Positions 26,575 through 36,004 of a stretch of DNA of 57,195 nucleotides are shown in pieces. The notes under the pieces were generated by a model, which was given only the letters and a program-made list of their open reading frames with translations, ran no database searches and was not told the DNA's origin. Numbering within the stretch: position 1 is the stretch's first letter; each line of letters opens with the position of its first letter. The stretch is from a virus (taxonomy: Duplodnaviria > Caudoviricetes), in the IMG/VR virus record IMGVR_UViG_3300016667_000411, positions 1 through 57,195 of that record, one strand, 5' to 3'. The position numbers and the translations under genes are program-made.

Positions 26575-26891
26575 CAGTTTACGTCGTACAAGAGAGCCCG
26601 AAGTTCAACATCCTGCCTGCTGCAGAGTATGGTGAGCTGAAGACACTACTGCCGCCTGGTCAGGTTACCCTGTCCACGGCCCCAACGATTCGAGCGCTGC
26701 GTGACAAGCTGCGTTCGTTCTCGGACAGCGATTTCCTGCTGGCTATTGGTGACCCCATTGCCATCGGTTTGTCCGTAGCGGTTGCCGCCAATTTCAACGG
26801 TGGCAAGATCAAGATGCTCAAGTGGGATCGCCAAGAGCATCGTTACTACGCCATTGAGGCGGATTTGAATGGAGTCAGAGCAAATGCTTGA
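26571..26891 (+). CDS. Hypothetical protein (106 aa)
   Basis: ATGA overlap; 'VYVVQE...DFLLAIGDP...LKWDRQ'. Confidence 0.75.
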   Translation: MTVYVVQESPKFNILPAAEYGELKTLLPPGQVTLSTAPTIRALRDKLRSFSDSDFLLAIGDPIAIGLSVAVAANFNGGKIKMLKWDRQEHRYYAIEADLNGVRANA

Positions 26892-27435
26892 AGACATGTT
26901 GGCCGACAGTCGATCAATGCCAAGCGATGACGGTCTGAAGAAGATCAGTCGTTTAGCCGAAGCCTTGATTGACAAGGAAGAGGAGATCAAGGAAGCGGAG
27001 ACGCGACTGAAGATCATGAAGGAACAACTGAAGGACATCGCAGAAAAGCAGCTGCCAGATGCGATGGCCGAGGTTGGGATGGCGAAGTTTGCGCTCACTG
27101 ACGGCAGCGAGGTGACCGTCAAGCCGTACTACTCCGCCAAGATAGGTGATGAGAAGCGTGAGGAGTGTTTTGGCTGGTTGCAAGACCATGGCCACGAAGC
27201 ACTGATCAAAGACGAGGTCTCGATCGCCTTTAATCGTGGAGAGCATCAGAAAGCCGAGGAGTTCAAAGCCCAGCTGGAACAGCAAGGCATCGAATACTCT
27301 GGCAAGATGGGTGTTCACCCACAGACTTTGACGGCATTCGTCAGGGAACAAGTGGAAAGCGGTGCCGAATTTCCACTTGAACTTTTCAACGTGTACATCG
27401 GCCAAATTGCTAAAGTGAAAAGGAGCAAAGCATGA
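26869..27435 (+). CDS. Conserved replication-module protein
   Basis: N-terminal coiled coil and 'VHPQTLTAFVRE'; precedes the SSB-like gene. Confidence 0.7.
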   Translation: MESEQMLEDMLADSRSMPSDDGLKKISRLAEALIDKEEEIKEAETRLKIMKEQLKDIAEKQLPDAMAEVGMAKFALTDGSEVTVKPYYSAKIGDEKREECFGWLQDHGHEALIKDEVSIAFNRGEHQKAEEFKAQLEQQGIEYSGKMGVHPQTLTAFVREQVESGAEFPLELFNVYIGQIAKVKRSKA

Positions 27436-28199
27436 GCAAGAAGAATGAGGTGGCTGTGCAGCAGCCGAACCTGCCCGTCGCATTTGCAGACGACATGATG
27501 GCCGATGCAGGACTCGGCTTCGAGAACGTCAGCGCCAACGACGTTGCAATCCCGTACCTGAAGATCCTTCAGGCACTGTCTCCGGAGTTGCGTGGTCAGA
27601 CCAAGGTCCCCGGATCGGAAGAAGGCCTGGTCATCAACACCGTGACGCAGCAGCTGATGAAGGAGTTCCGTGTCATCCCCTGCGCATTCAAGAAGAGCTA
27701 CGTCGAGTGGACTCCTCGTGAAGCTGGTGGTGGTTTGGTCAAGGAGCACATGGATGAAGCCATTCTGTCCAAGACCAAGAAGAATGAGCGCAACCAGGAC
27801 GTGCTGCCCAACGGCAACTTGATCGTCACGACCTCCTACCACTACGTGCTGGTCTTGACTGAAGGCGGCTTCGAGCGCGCTGTCATGGCCATGAGCTCGA
27901 CGCAGCTGAAGAAGAGCCGTCGTTGGCTGGGCCAGATGATGGGCCTCCAGGTCCGCGTTGGCGACAAGTCGTTCACTCCTCCGCCGTTCAGCCACAGCTA
28001 CCATGTGGGAACCGGCATGGAGACCAAGGACACCAACAGCTGGTTTGGCTGGATCATCAACGATCCGGTCATGATCACTGACAAGAACCTGTACGAGACC
28101 GCCAAGAAGTTCGGTCAAGACGTGACCGCAGGCCTTGTGAAGGTTGCCGAGCCGCCGCAAGACGGCGTGGTTGAACCCGAAGACGAAGTGCCGTATTGA
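27432..28199 (+). CDS. Putative single-stranded DNA-binding protein
   Basis: 'IPYLKILQALSP', 'MSSTQLKKSRRW' and an acidic tail ending 'EDEVPY'. Confidence 0.6.
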   Translation: MSKKNEVAVQQPNLPVAFADDMMADAGLGFENVSANDVAIPYLKILQALSPELRGQTKVPGSEEGLVINTVTQQLMKEFRVIPCAFKKSYVEWTPREAGGGLVKEHMDEAILSKTKKNERNQDVLPNGNLIVTTSYHYVLVLTEGGFERAVMAMSSTQLKKSRRWLGQMMGLQVRVGDKSFTPPPFSHSYHVGTGMETKDTNSWFGWIINDPVMITDKNLYETAKKFGQDVTAGLVKVAEPPQDGVVEPEDEVPY

Positions 28200-28213
28200 T
28201 CGGAGCACCCAGC

Positions 28214-28444
28214 ATGGACATCAAGAGCATCTTTCCTATGCTGGGTGCGAACATCGGCCATGTCGATGGACGCAACCCAAGCGCAACGAAGAAAGGCCCT
28301 GGCCGCAAGTCAGTGGCTGGACACAAGAAGGGCAAGCGGGGAGGCCCCAAGCGCTACATGAAGCGCGTGGAAAACCAGACCCAACAGTCGCAAACTGCAA
28401 ACGTCACAAACACGCCGTTGAAGGCAGCAACACGAGGAGGCTGA
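28214..28444 (+). CDS. Small basic hypothetical protein
   Basis: GGAG RBS; Lys/Gly-rich; fills the gap between coupled genes. Confidence 0.55.
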   Translation: MDIKSIFPMLGANIGHVDGRNPSATKKGPGRKSVAGHKKGKRGGPKRYMKRVENQTQQSQTANVTNTPLKAATRGG

Positions 28445-28445
28445 C

Positions 28446-28745
28446 ATGAAGTTCGGAGACGCAATCGAGGCCCTCCAGAAGGGCTTCAGGGTCACTCGAG
28501 AGGGTTGGAATGGCAGAGGCATGTTCCTTGTGCTTGCAGGTGGCTACAAGGTCAAGAAGGAAGACCTGAGGCCTGGTGGTCCTATCAACGCAGCCTTCCT
28601 CGAATCCCGGGGGCTGGAGGAGATGGAGATCCTGCCTCACATCGACATGTGGACAGTGAATGCTCACGGCAGGCAAGCCTACCTTCCTGGTTGGTTGGCT
28701 TCGCAGACAGACATGCTGTCAGACGATTGGATGATCGTCGAGTAA
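28446..28745 (+). CDS. DUF2829 / Tad2-family protein (anti-Thoeris sponge family)
   Basis: 'FGDAIEAL..G.RV.R.GWNG.GMF' and 'GWLASQTDMLSDDW'. Confidence 0.88.
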   Translation: MKFGDAIEALQKGFRVTREGWNGRGMFLVLAGGYKVKKEDLRPGGPINAAFLESRGLEEMEILPHIDMWTVNAHGRQAYLPGWLASQTDMLSDDWMIVE

Positions 28746-28747
28746 GT

Positions 28748-28774
28748 GGCCGGGGGCTGAGGCCCCTGCCTTTT
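28748..28774 (+). terminator. Putative intrinsic terminator
   Basis: Imperfect GC hairpin followed by TTTT directly after the stop codon. Confidence 0.5.
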
Positions 28775-28796
28775 GAACAAACAGAAAGAGAAGAGT

Positions 28797-30320
28797 ATGC
28801 TTGCACAACGATTCATGGCTTTATACGCCGGGCACTCAGGGGCCTACGGTACCTATGACATCGATGGCAAGAATACCGGCCTCAAGGTCCAGGGGACAGC
28901 CGTCACGAAAAGAGCAGCTGTTACTGAGCAACTCTGGGAAGGACATCTCTCGGGGACAAAGGGGATCGGTATCGTGCCGATCAGAGAGGACAACACATGC
29001 CTCTTTGGTGCGATTGACATTGATGAGTACAAGAACTATGACTTGAAGGAAGCGGTCGAGGCTTGCAAGCGAGCCAAGGCTCCTGTTGTGGTGTGTCGCA
29101 GCAAGTCTGGTGGCGCCCACGTCTACATGTTTTTCTCGGAGCCCATACCGGCTGCTGACGTCAAGCGCAAGCTGGCCGAGCTGGCCTCGGTCCTTGGGCA
29201 TCCGACCAGCGAGATCTTTCCGAAGCAAGACACTGTCTTGACTGAGCGCGGCGATGTTGGCAACTGGATCAACATGCCGTACTTCGAGAGCCATGCGACC
29301 AGCCGTTATGGGGTGGCCGAGTCAGGGGCTCCGATGACGCCTGAAGAGTTCTTGGAGTTCGCAGAGCCGCTGCGGATGACAAGGGCCCAGTTCATCAAGC
29401 TCAAGTTCAATGAAGCCAAGACCAAGCGGAAGCAGTTCAAGGATGCTCCTCCATGCCTTGAGAAGCTAGCTCAATCAGGATTTCCTGAAGGGACCCGCAA
29501 CAATGGTCTGTTCAACCTGTGCGTCCTGGCGCGCAAGATGAAACCCGATGACTGGCAGCCGATCGTGATGCAGATGAACATCGACGTCATGGATCCGCCA
29601 CTGTCAGAATCAGAGGTCATGGGCGTCATCCAGTCCATGCAGAACAGCGACTACCAGTACACGTGCAGCAGGCCTCCGATCCGCCAGCACTGCAACGCTG
29701 GTATCTGCCGCATGCGCAAGTACGGCGTGGGCATCCAGTCAGGTGCTCCACGGCTGTCTAGCCTCAGCAAGTACAACACAGATCCTCCAATCTGGTTCCT
29801 TGACATGGACAACGGAGCCCGCTTGTCGCTGTCAACAGAGGACTTGCAGAACCAGTCAGGCTTCCAGAAGCGGTGCATGGAGGCCATCAACTACATGCCG
29901 CCCAAGATGAACATGAGCCAGTGGAATCAGATGATTCAGGCTCTGCTGCAAGATGTGGTCATCATCGAGGCTCCTGAGGATTCAACACCCAAAGGCCAGT
30001 TCATCGAGCTCTTGGAACGCTTCTGCACAGGCAAGGCGCAGGCCAAGCACCTTGACGAGATCTTGCTGGGCAAACCGTTCCACGACCAAGACGAGAATCG
30101 CCACCTGTTCAGGCTGGCCGACTTCATCAATTTCCTTGACAAGCAGAAGTTCAAGGAGTTCAAGCTCAACCAGATCAGCAGCTCGATTCGCGACTACGGT
30201 GGCGAGACACACACGTACCGCCTGAACGGCAAACGAGCCACGGTTTGGTCAGTCCCTGCGTTCTCGTTCCAGGACAAGGGCCATCAGACTCCTGACTTCA
30301 GCGGAGGCAGCTTGATATGA
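28797..30320 (+). CDS. AEP-type primase with PriCT-like domain
   Basis: 'GAIDID', 'RSKSGGAH', 'EIFPKQ', 'GNWINMPY' and 'EGTRNNGLF'. Confidence 0.85.
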   Translation: MLAQRFMALYAGHSGAYGTYDIDGKNTGLKVQGTAVTKRAAVTEQLWEGHLSGTKGIGIVPIREDNTCLFGAIDIDEYKNYDLKEAVEACKRAKAPVVVCRSKSGGAHVYMFFSEPIPAADVKRKLAELASVLGHPTSEIFPKQDTVLTERGDVGNWINMPYFESHATSRYGVAESGAPMTPEEFLEFAEPLRMTRAQFIKLKFNEAKTKRKQFKDAPPCLEKLAQSGFPEGTRNNGLFNLCVLARKMKPDDWQPIVMQMNIDVMDPPLSESEVMGVIQSMQNSDYQYTCSRPPIRQHCNAGICRMRKYGVGIQSGAPRLSSLSKYNTDPPIWFLDMDNGARLSLSTEDLQNQSGFQKRCMEAINYMPPKMNMSQWNQMIQALLQDVVIIEAPEDSTPKGQFIELLERFCTGKAQAKHLDEILLGKPFHDQDENRHLFRLADFINFLDKQKFKEFKLNQISSSIRDYGGETHTYRLNGKRATVWSVPAFSFQDKGHQTPDFSGGSLI

Positions 30321-31813
30321 GGCCCAAGCTGATCTTGGGGCCACCCGGAACCGGCAAGACGACGACGCTCATGAACATCGTGGAGTCGCTGCTGGAGAAG
30401 GGCGTCAAGCCTGATGAGATTGGCTTCATCAGCTTCACCAAGAAGGCAACAGCAGAGGCGAGGGACAAGGCCCGACTTCGCTTTGGTTTTTCCGCAGACG
30501 AGATGCCGTTCTTCCGCACGATCCACAGCCTTGCATTCAGGCAGCTTGGACTCAGCAGGCAGCAGGTCATGCAGAACAGCCACTATCAGGAGTTGGCAGA
30601 TGAGATCGGCATAGAGATCACAGGCCGTGCAAACACCGAAGACGGCACGATGACTGGCATGGCCAAGGGCGACAAGCTCAAGTTCCTAGAAGGCATGGCA
30701 AGGATCCGCTGCGTCAGCCTCAAGCAGCAGTGGGAGGAGGCAGCAGATGACGACATCGGCTGGTATGAGCTCGATCACTTCTCACGAAGCCTGATGGAAT
30801 ACAAGAACGAGATGGGCCTGATCGACTACACAGACATGCTCGATCAAATGCGGCTCAGCGGATTTTGCCCACGGCTCCGGGCATTGCTGGTCGACGAGGC
30901 ACAGGACTTGTCCAAGCTTCAGTGGGCCGTCGTAGAAAGGATGATGAAGTATGCAGACGAAGTTTTTATCGCTGGGGACGACGACCAAGCCATATTTCGA
31001 TGGGCTGGAGCAGATGTGGACCACTTCATCGGCCTCGACGGGGACGTACGCGTGCTCGACCAGTCTTACCGAATTCCATCCGTCGTCCATGACTTTAGTT
31101 GGGGAATCATCAATCGTGTGCAGCGTCGGCGGGACAAACAGTTCCGTCCGGCTGCTCACACGGGGACTCTCAATTACCACAACGACATTGAACATGTGGA
31201 CATGAGCCAAGGAACATGGCTGCTACTAGCCAGGAATGTCTACATGCTCAGGGAATTGATTGACCTATGCCATCGTGAGGGCTACGCATACGAGAGCTCT
31301 GGGGTATCTCCTCGTAAGTCTGAGGCATTGTTTGCTATCAGGGCCTGGGAGCGACTCAGGAAGGGCGAGTCCATCAGCGGCGAGATGGCCAAGATCGTCT
31401 ATGCCCACATGAGCAAGCGGATGGTCGAGCACGGCTACAAGGAGCTGAAACAGCTGACAGAGGATCAGGTAGACCTCGAGCTTCTGGTCCAGAAGTACGG
31501 GCTGAAGACACGGGCCATCTGGCATTTGGCCTTGGACAGGATCAGCGACGAGGAGAAGGAGTATTTTCTGGCAGCCCTCAGGCAAGGCGAGTCTTTGACA
31601 GGGGAATCTCGGATCATCATCAGCACGATCCATGGCAGCAAGGGTGGTGAAGCCGACAACGTCCTGCTGCTCAGCGACATCAGCCCCAAGACCTACGCCA
31701 GCTATCAGGAAAACCAAGACGACGAGGCAAGGGTGTTCTACGTGGCAGCAACCCGAGCAAAGAAAAACCTACACATCATCATGCCGCGCACACAACGCTA
31801 CTTTGAACTATGA
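30317..31813 (+). CDS. SF1 UvrD/Rep-like helicase
   Basis: 'GPPGTGKT', 'DEAQD', 'GDDDQAI', 'TIHGSKGGE' and 'YVAATRA'. Confidence 0.95.
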   Translation: MRPKLILGPPGTGKTTTLMNIVESLLEKGVKPDEIGFISFTKKATAEARDKARLRFGFSADEMPFFRTIHSLAFRQLGLSRQQVMQNSHYQELADEIGIEITGRANTEDGTMTGMAKGDKLKFLEGMARIRCVSLKQQWEEAADDDIGWYELDHFSRSLMEYKNEMGLIDYTDMLDQMRLSGFCPRLRALLVDEAQDLSKLQWAVVERMMKYADEVFIAGDDDQAIFRWAGADVDHFIGLDGDVRVLDQSYRIPSVVHDFSWGIINRVQRRRDKQFRPAAHTGTLNYHNDIEHVDMSQGTWLLLARNVYMLRELIDLCHREGYAYESSGVSPRKSEALFAIRAWERLRKGESISGEMAKIVYAHMSKRMVEHGYKELKQLTEDQVDLELLVQKYGLKTRAIWHLALDRISDEEKEYFLAALRQGESLTGESRIIISTIHGSKGGEADNVLLLSDISPKTYASYQENQDDEARVFYVAATRAKKNLHIIMPRTQRYFEL

Positions 31814-32136
31814 ACAGAGAAGACATCAAGAACATGATGCAAGAAGCCGGGCTCAAGGCTCCTGCGAGAGGCGACTTCATCTTTATCCACTGGGACCAGA
31901 TAGCCATGCTGCTCGAGCACCAGCGCAAGGCTTGGCTACAGCTGTTCACAGATCCAGAGAACCAGCCAACCCAGTATGGCACGGTGACCGTGGAATACAT
32001 GGAGAAGTTCATGGCAGCCGAGCGCCAGATGGTCGTTGACTCGCTCAGGAAGCAGGCTGAGCTGGCAGCAGACGATTACGACCGCCGGTGGGCTCTGGAG
32101 ATGGCCGCAGCAGTTGCAGCAAGGGGACAAAAATGA
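31810..32136 (+). CDS. Hypothetical protein
   Basis: ATGA overlaps on both sides; 'TDPENQP' motif. Confidence 0.7.
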   Translation: MNREDIKNMMQEAGLKAPARGDFIFIHWDQIAMLLEHQRKAWLQLFTDPENQPTQYGTVTVEYMEKFMAAERQMVVDSLRKQAELAADDYDRRWALEMAAAVAARGQK

Positions 32137-33569
32137 TCGACTACAAGTACAAGACCAAGCCCTTCGCCCATCAGGACGAGGATTTCAAGCGCAGCCGGGA
32201 CATGGACGAGTTCGCCCTGTTCTGGGAGATGGGCCTTGGCAAGACCAAGACCACGATCGACACGGCAGCATGGCTGTATGCGACAGGCAAGATTGAGGCT
32301 GTGTTCATCCTGGGCAACAAGGGCTCGTATCGCAACTGGGTGACCAAGGAGTTGCCAGAGCACATGCCTGACTACGTTCAGTGGGTCGGGACCTATTGGG
32401 ATTCGGCAGCGAACACCGAGCTCAAGAAGAGCTACGACATGCTGCTGATGCCGATGGAGCAGCTGAAGATCTTCGTCATGAACATCGAGGCCTTGGCCTT
32501 TGACCGCAGCTACAAGATCGCAGAGTCCTTCGTCAACTGCCACAAGACCCTGATGATCGTGGACGAGTCGACGACGATCAAGAACCGTGACGCCAAGCGC
32601 ACGAAGGCTTGCGTGAAGATCGGGAAGCGCGCGAACTACAGGCGGATCCTGACAGGGTCACCAGTGACCAACAATCCTTTGGACCTGTTTAGCCAGGCCT
32701 GGTTCCTGAATCCCCACTTGCTGGGCTGCACCAGCTACTACACCTTCAGGGCCAAGTATGCCGAGATGGTCAAGATCACAGCTGGCAACCGAGCATTCAC
32801 CAAGATCAAGGGCTACAAGAACCTCGATGAGCTGACCAGGTCGATCCAGCGCTGGTCGTCACGCCGCACCAAGGACGAGTGCCTTGACCTGCCTGAAAAG
32901 ATCTACCAGTTCTATGAGGTCGAGCTGACTGACGAGCAGAAGAAACACTACAAGACGCTGCGTGAGAAGGCCATGGCAGAGCTTGAAGGCCAACTGGTGT
33001 CGGCTCCCATCGTGCTGACCAAGCTGCTCAGGCTGCATCAGCTGGTCTGCGGTCACTTGACCACGGACGACGGCAAGGTCATCCCGATCGAGAACAACCG
33101 GATCAAGGCGCTCATGGAAGTCCTTGATGAGGCCAGCGGCAAGGTCATCATCTGGGCCAACTACAGATCAGACATCCAGGCCATTGAAGATGTGCTGACT
33201 GAAGAGTACGGCAAAAAGGCTGTCGTGTCATACTTCGGAGACACATCCAATGAAGATAGGCAGGAGGCCGTCCGTAGATTTCAGTCAGACCCCGAGTGCC
33301 AGTATTTCGTCGGCAACCCGCAGACCGGCGGCTTCGGCATCACGCTCACAGCCGCCACCAACGTGGTCTACTACAGCAACAGCTACAACCTGGAGCATCG
33401 GCTGCAGTCAGAGGACCGAGCCCACCGCATCGGCCAGAAGCACGCGGTGACGTACGTGGACTTGATTTGCCGGAAGTCCGTCGACGAGAAGATCGTCAAG
33501 GCGCTGCGCGACAAGCGGCAGCTGTCTGCCCAGGTGCTGGGCGACGAATGGAAGGATTGGCTCCAATGA
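32133..33569 (+). CDS. SNF2-family (SF2) helicase
   Basis: 'EMGLGKT', 'VDES', 'LTGSP' and 'QSEDRAHRIGQ'. Confidence 0.95.
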   Translation: MIDYKYKTKPFAHQDEDFKRSRDMDEFALFWEMGLGKTKTTIDTAAWLYATGKIEAVFILGNKGSYRNWVTKELPEHMPDYVQWVGTYWDSAANTELKKSYDMLLMPMEQLKIFVMNIEALAFDRSYKIAESFVNCHKTLMIVDESTTIKNRDAKRTKACVKIGKRANYRRILTGSPVTNNPLDLFSQAWFLNPHLLGCTSYYTFRAKYAEMVKITAGNRAFTKIKGYKNLDELTRSIQRWSSRRTKDECLDLPEKIYQFYEVELTDEQKKHYKTLREKAMAELEGQLVSAPIVLTKLLRLHQLVCGHLTTDDGKVIPIENNRIKALMEVLDEASGKVIIWANYRSDIQAIEDVLTEEYGKKAVVSYFGDTSNEDRQEAVRRFQSDPECQYFVGNPQTGGFGITLTAATNVVYYSNSYNLEHRLQSEDRAHRIGQKHAVTYVDLICRKSVDEKIVKALRDKRQLSAQVLGDEWKDWLQ

Positions 33570-33763
33570 AGGTGACTCATTACCACTTAAGCGGGCCCGT
33601 CAAGGGTTTGTGGAAGCAGCACGCAATCGTAGGCCGTGAGAAGAACAAGCTGGCCCCATTGGTCTACTTGCAAAGACCAAAATGGATCAAGGATGACGAA
33701 GTCTGGAGGAAGATTGTCGGCTCAGTGCAACTGCGGTTGCGGCGAAATCTTGAGGTGAAGTAG
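33566..33763 (+). CDS. Hypothetical protein (65 aa)
   Basis: ATGA overlap with the helicase stop; 'PLVYLQRPKW'. Confidence 0.65.
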   Translation: MKVTHYHLSGPVKGLWKQHAIVGREKNKLAPLVYLQRPKWIKDDEVWRKIVGSVQLRLRRNLEVK

Positions 33764-33840
33764 GTCCGAGGCTTCCACTCGGTGCGGGGTCAAACCGGTC
33801 AGGTGGCCCCTCTGCCTTGGTCAATCCCCAAGGACTTTCG

Positions 33841-33917
33841 TGGTCGGAGCGGCAGGATTCGAACCTGCGACCCCCTGCTCCCAAAGCAGGTGCACTACCA
33901 GGCTGTGCTACGCTCCG
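33841..33917 (-). tRNA. trnP: tRNA-Pro (TGG)
   Basis: The reverse complement folds as a cloverleaf: CGGAGCG acceptor, CCTGC-TT-TGG-GA-GCAGG anticodon arm, GGTTCGAATCC T-arm, encoded CCA. Confidence 0.97.
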
Positions 33918-33922
33918 GAGGC

Positions 33923-34114
33923 TCAGTCGGCCTTGACACGCATGAAGAACTCGAGGAACGTGTTCGAGTCCATCGTCCGGATTGCAGATCCTGGGAAGTA
34001 CTGGTCAGGCCAGCCTTGCTCCTTGTCCTTGAGAATGTACAAGCGCATGTCGTTGTCGTACTCAAGGCTCATGCCGTTCTCGCCGGCGATCTTCTTGGCT
34101 ACAGCTACTCGCAT
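33923..34114 (-). CDS. Hypothetical protein (63 aa)
   Basis: GAAAGGAG RBS before MRVAVAKK...; ends 5 nt before the tRNA. Confidence 0.75.
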   Translation of the reverse strand: MRVAVAKKIAGENGMSLEYDNDMRLYILKDKEQGWPDQYFPGSAIRTMDSNTFLEFFMRVKAD

Positions 34115-34303
34115 GGGTAAGCTCCTTTCAAGGGGGCATTTTACTTCGCACTGCTGCAGTGCGCGCAAAACGGGGACATCCCAAGCCATGTTTTTGATCC
34201 TCTGACCAGGCGGCTGGAACCTTGGCCATGCCGGGACTCACGACGTGGTCCCCAGGGACACAGAAAGGGCCGGCGAATAGGAATCAATGGGCAAGCCTGT
34301 CCC

Positions 34304-34338
34304 GGGTCCTCTGGGATCATTCTGGAGGACCCACTTTT
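34304..34338 (+). terminator. Hairpin / possible terminator
   Basis: GGGTCCTC...GAGGACCC stem followed by ACTTTT. Confidence 0.5.
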
Positions 34339-34347
34339 GCTAGTACT

Positions 34348-34407
34348 TGTCCCTGACTAAATTTTTTGCGTCAAAAGCGCGCGACCTCGCGGAACGCGCT
34401 CTACAAT
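34348..34407 (+). promoter_or_regulatory. Putative early promoter (second copy of the motif)
   Basis: TACAAT at 34402-34407; upstream sequence similar to 19561-19620; followed by AGAAAGGAGAAAG RBS. Confidence 0.6.
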
Positions 34408-34451
34408 CTATCCATGCACCAACCCCTGGGGCATACAGAAAGGAGAAAGTC

Positions 34452-34637
34452 ATGGGCAACGAATACCAGATCATCGTGCGAGTCACCAACAACTATGGAG
34501 CCCGCGCCGTTTACCCCGTCTGCGCAACCGCTCAGATCTTTGCTGACATTGCAGGCACCAAGACCCTGAAGCCGGAGACTCTGGCCAAGGTCAAGGCTCT
34601 CGGCTACGAAGTGGTCGTTCAGCCGGAGGTGCTGTGA
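34452..34637 (+). CDS. Hypothetical protein (61 aa)
   Basis: Strong RBS; 'NYG...YPVC..A..FA.IAGTKTL'. Confidence 0.8.
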   Translation: MGNEYQIIVRVTNNYGARAVYPVCATAQIFADIAGTKTLKPETLAKVKALGYEVVVQPEVL

Positions 34638-34810
34638 TGAGCAACATGAGCTACTGCAGATTCCAGAACACGCTGCCAGACTTGGTCGACTGCCAAGAGC
34701 ACATCTACGACGAGCTCAGCAGCCACGAGGAGCATGCTCGCAACGAGCTGATTGCCACCTGCATCGAGATCCTTGAAGCACTGGGCTATCGCGTGGAGCT
34801 AGTATCATGA
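34637..34810 (+). CDS. Hypothetical protein (57 aa, not in ORF track)
   Basis: GGAGG RBS; MSNMSYCRFQNTLPDLVDC...; overlapping start and stop on both sides. Confidence 0.8.
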   Translation: MSNMSYCRFQNTLPDLVDCQEHIYDELSSHEEHARNELIATCIEILEALGYRVELVS

Positions 34811-35550
34811 CCCGCACAGTCTGGACACGCGACGAGAAGCGGCAGATCTTTGAGAACGCTCAGGCCATCTGCCTCACGAACCCGAGGATCGGCAACAAGG
34901 CACTGCTGACCGAGGCCCAACAGGTCCTGCCCATGGACCGCCGGATCAAGGTGACCGACCAGCGGGTCTTCTCCTACAAGGACAGGCTCAACGCCGCGAG
35001 GGCCGATGCCGAGTTGATGCTGCGCAACGTGCCGCCACCGGTTGCAGAAGAACCTGCGCCACAAGAAGAGCCGCGCAAGCTAGATACGCTTGGCCAAGTC
35101 TTTGAGCTGTTCGTTGACGCCCTCGCTGACCGCATCATCAGCAAGATGATCGCTGCCAAGGAAGAGCACGAGAGGCAGAACGTGTCAGAGGTGGCTGGGC
35201 GCAGGCTCAGCGAGCTGTTCGGCTCTGATCCGATGGAGGACTTGGACCGGGTCTTTGACAGCCTGTATCCTGAGAAGAAGCGCAAGACCACGGCCCTCAT
35301 CATTGGCCTGAATGGCCAGCAGATGGAGTGCATCCGTAAGTCGCGACCCGACATAGATTTCAAGTTCTTGTCAGCTGAAGACGCGCTGAGCCACACGGTG
35401 AGCGTCAGGGACCACACGTTCTTGATGACCAAGTTCATCAACCACTCGGTGCAGAACAAGTACCGCAAGCATCCCAACCTGCACTACGTCAACGGTGGCG
35501 TCAGCGAACTCAAGACGCTGATGCATGGAATCTTTAAGGAGGCCGTATGA
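34807..35550 (+). CDS. Hypothetical protein (247 aa)
   Basis: Coupled ORF; alpha/beta C-terminal domain. Confidence 0.8.
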   Translation: MTRTVWTRDEKRQIFENAQAICLTNPRIGNKALLTEAQQVLPMDRRIKVTDQRVFSYKDRLNAARADAELMLRNVPPPVAEEPAPQEEPRKLDTLGQVFELFVDALADRIISKMIAAKEEHERQNVSEVAGRRLSELFGSDPMEDLDRVFDSLYPEKKRKTTALIIGLNGQQMECIRKSRPDIDFKFLSAEDALSHTVSVRDHTFLMTKFINHSVQNKYRKHPNLHYVNGGVSELKTLMHGIFKEAV

Positions 35551-35735
35551 AATCATTGCTCAAACGCTTTGCCGTGTTCCTGATTCAGGGGACCATTGGC
35601 CTCGTCTTCGTGCTGTTCACTCTGCTGATGCTGGTCGAGTGGATGGCTGGCTGCGGCGAGACCTACATCGACGCTAAGGGCGTCAGACACAACCACGAAT
35701 GCATCTTCATCAACCAACCAAAGGACCCGAAATGA
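35547..35735 (+). CDS. Small membrane protein, possible lipoprotein
   Basis: Basic N-terminus, hydrophobic helix, then MAGC. Confidence 0.6.
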   Translation: MKSLLKRFAVFLIQGTIGLVFVLFTLLMLVEWMAGCGETYIDAKGVRHNHECIFINQPKDPK

Positions 35736-36004
35736 CCGACCAACAGACCATTGACCTTGACCGGGTCGTGACCAGCTCGTACACCGCCACCTTCACGCCG
35801 ATGCCTGTCGGCGACCTGTCCTTGATGGACGGCAAGGTCATGTACAAGTATGCGCCAAAGGCCGACATCACCAACATTGAGTTGGCGCACCTGATGCACC
35901 TGTGGATCGCAGCCATGTCAGCCGGCCGCCACTACGTGCAGTATGACTATTGGAACTTCGTCCAGAAGCATGGGCTGGAGCGCCACTTCGAGGAGCAGAA
36001 ATGA
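35732..36004 (+). CDS. Hypothetical protein (90 aa)
   Basis: ATGA overlaps on both sides. Confidence 0.7.
   Translation: MTDQQTIDLDRVVTSSYTATFTPMPVGDLSLMDGKVMYKYAPKADITNIELAHLMHLWIAAMSAGRHYVQYDYWNFVQKHGLERHFEEQK

Noticed and set aside
33785-33820. GGTCAAACCGGTCAGGT resembling part of SRP RNA
   Set aside because: Lacks the following GNRA loop and AGCAG of the conserved SRP domain.
33841-33917. tRNA-Pro as an attP site
   Set aside because: No integrase was recognised and no duplicated tRNA 3' end was seen.
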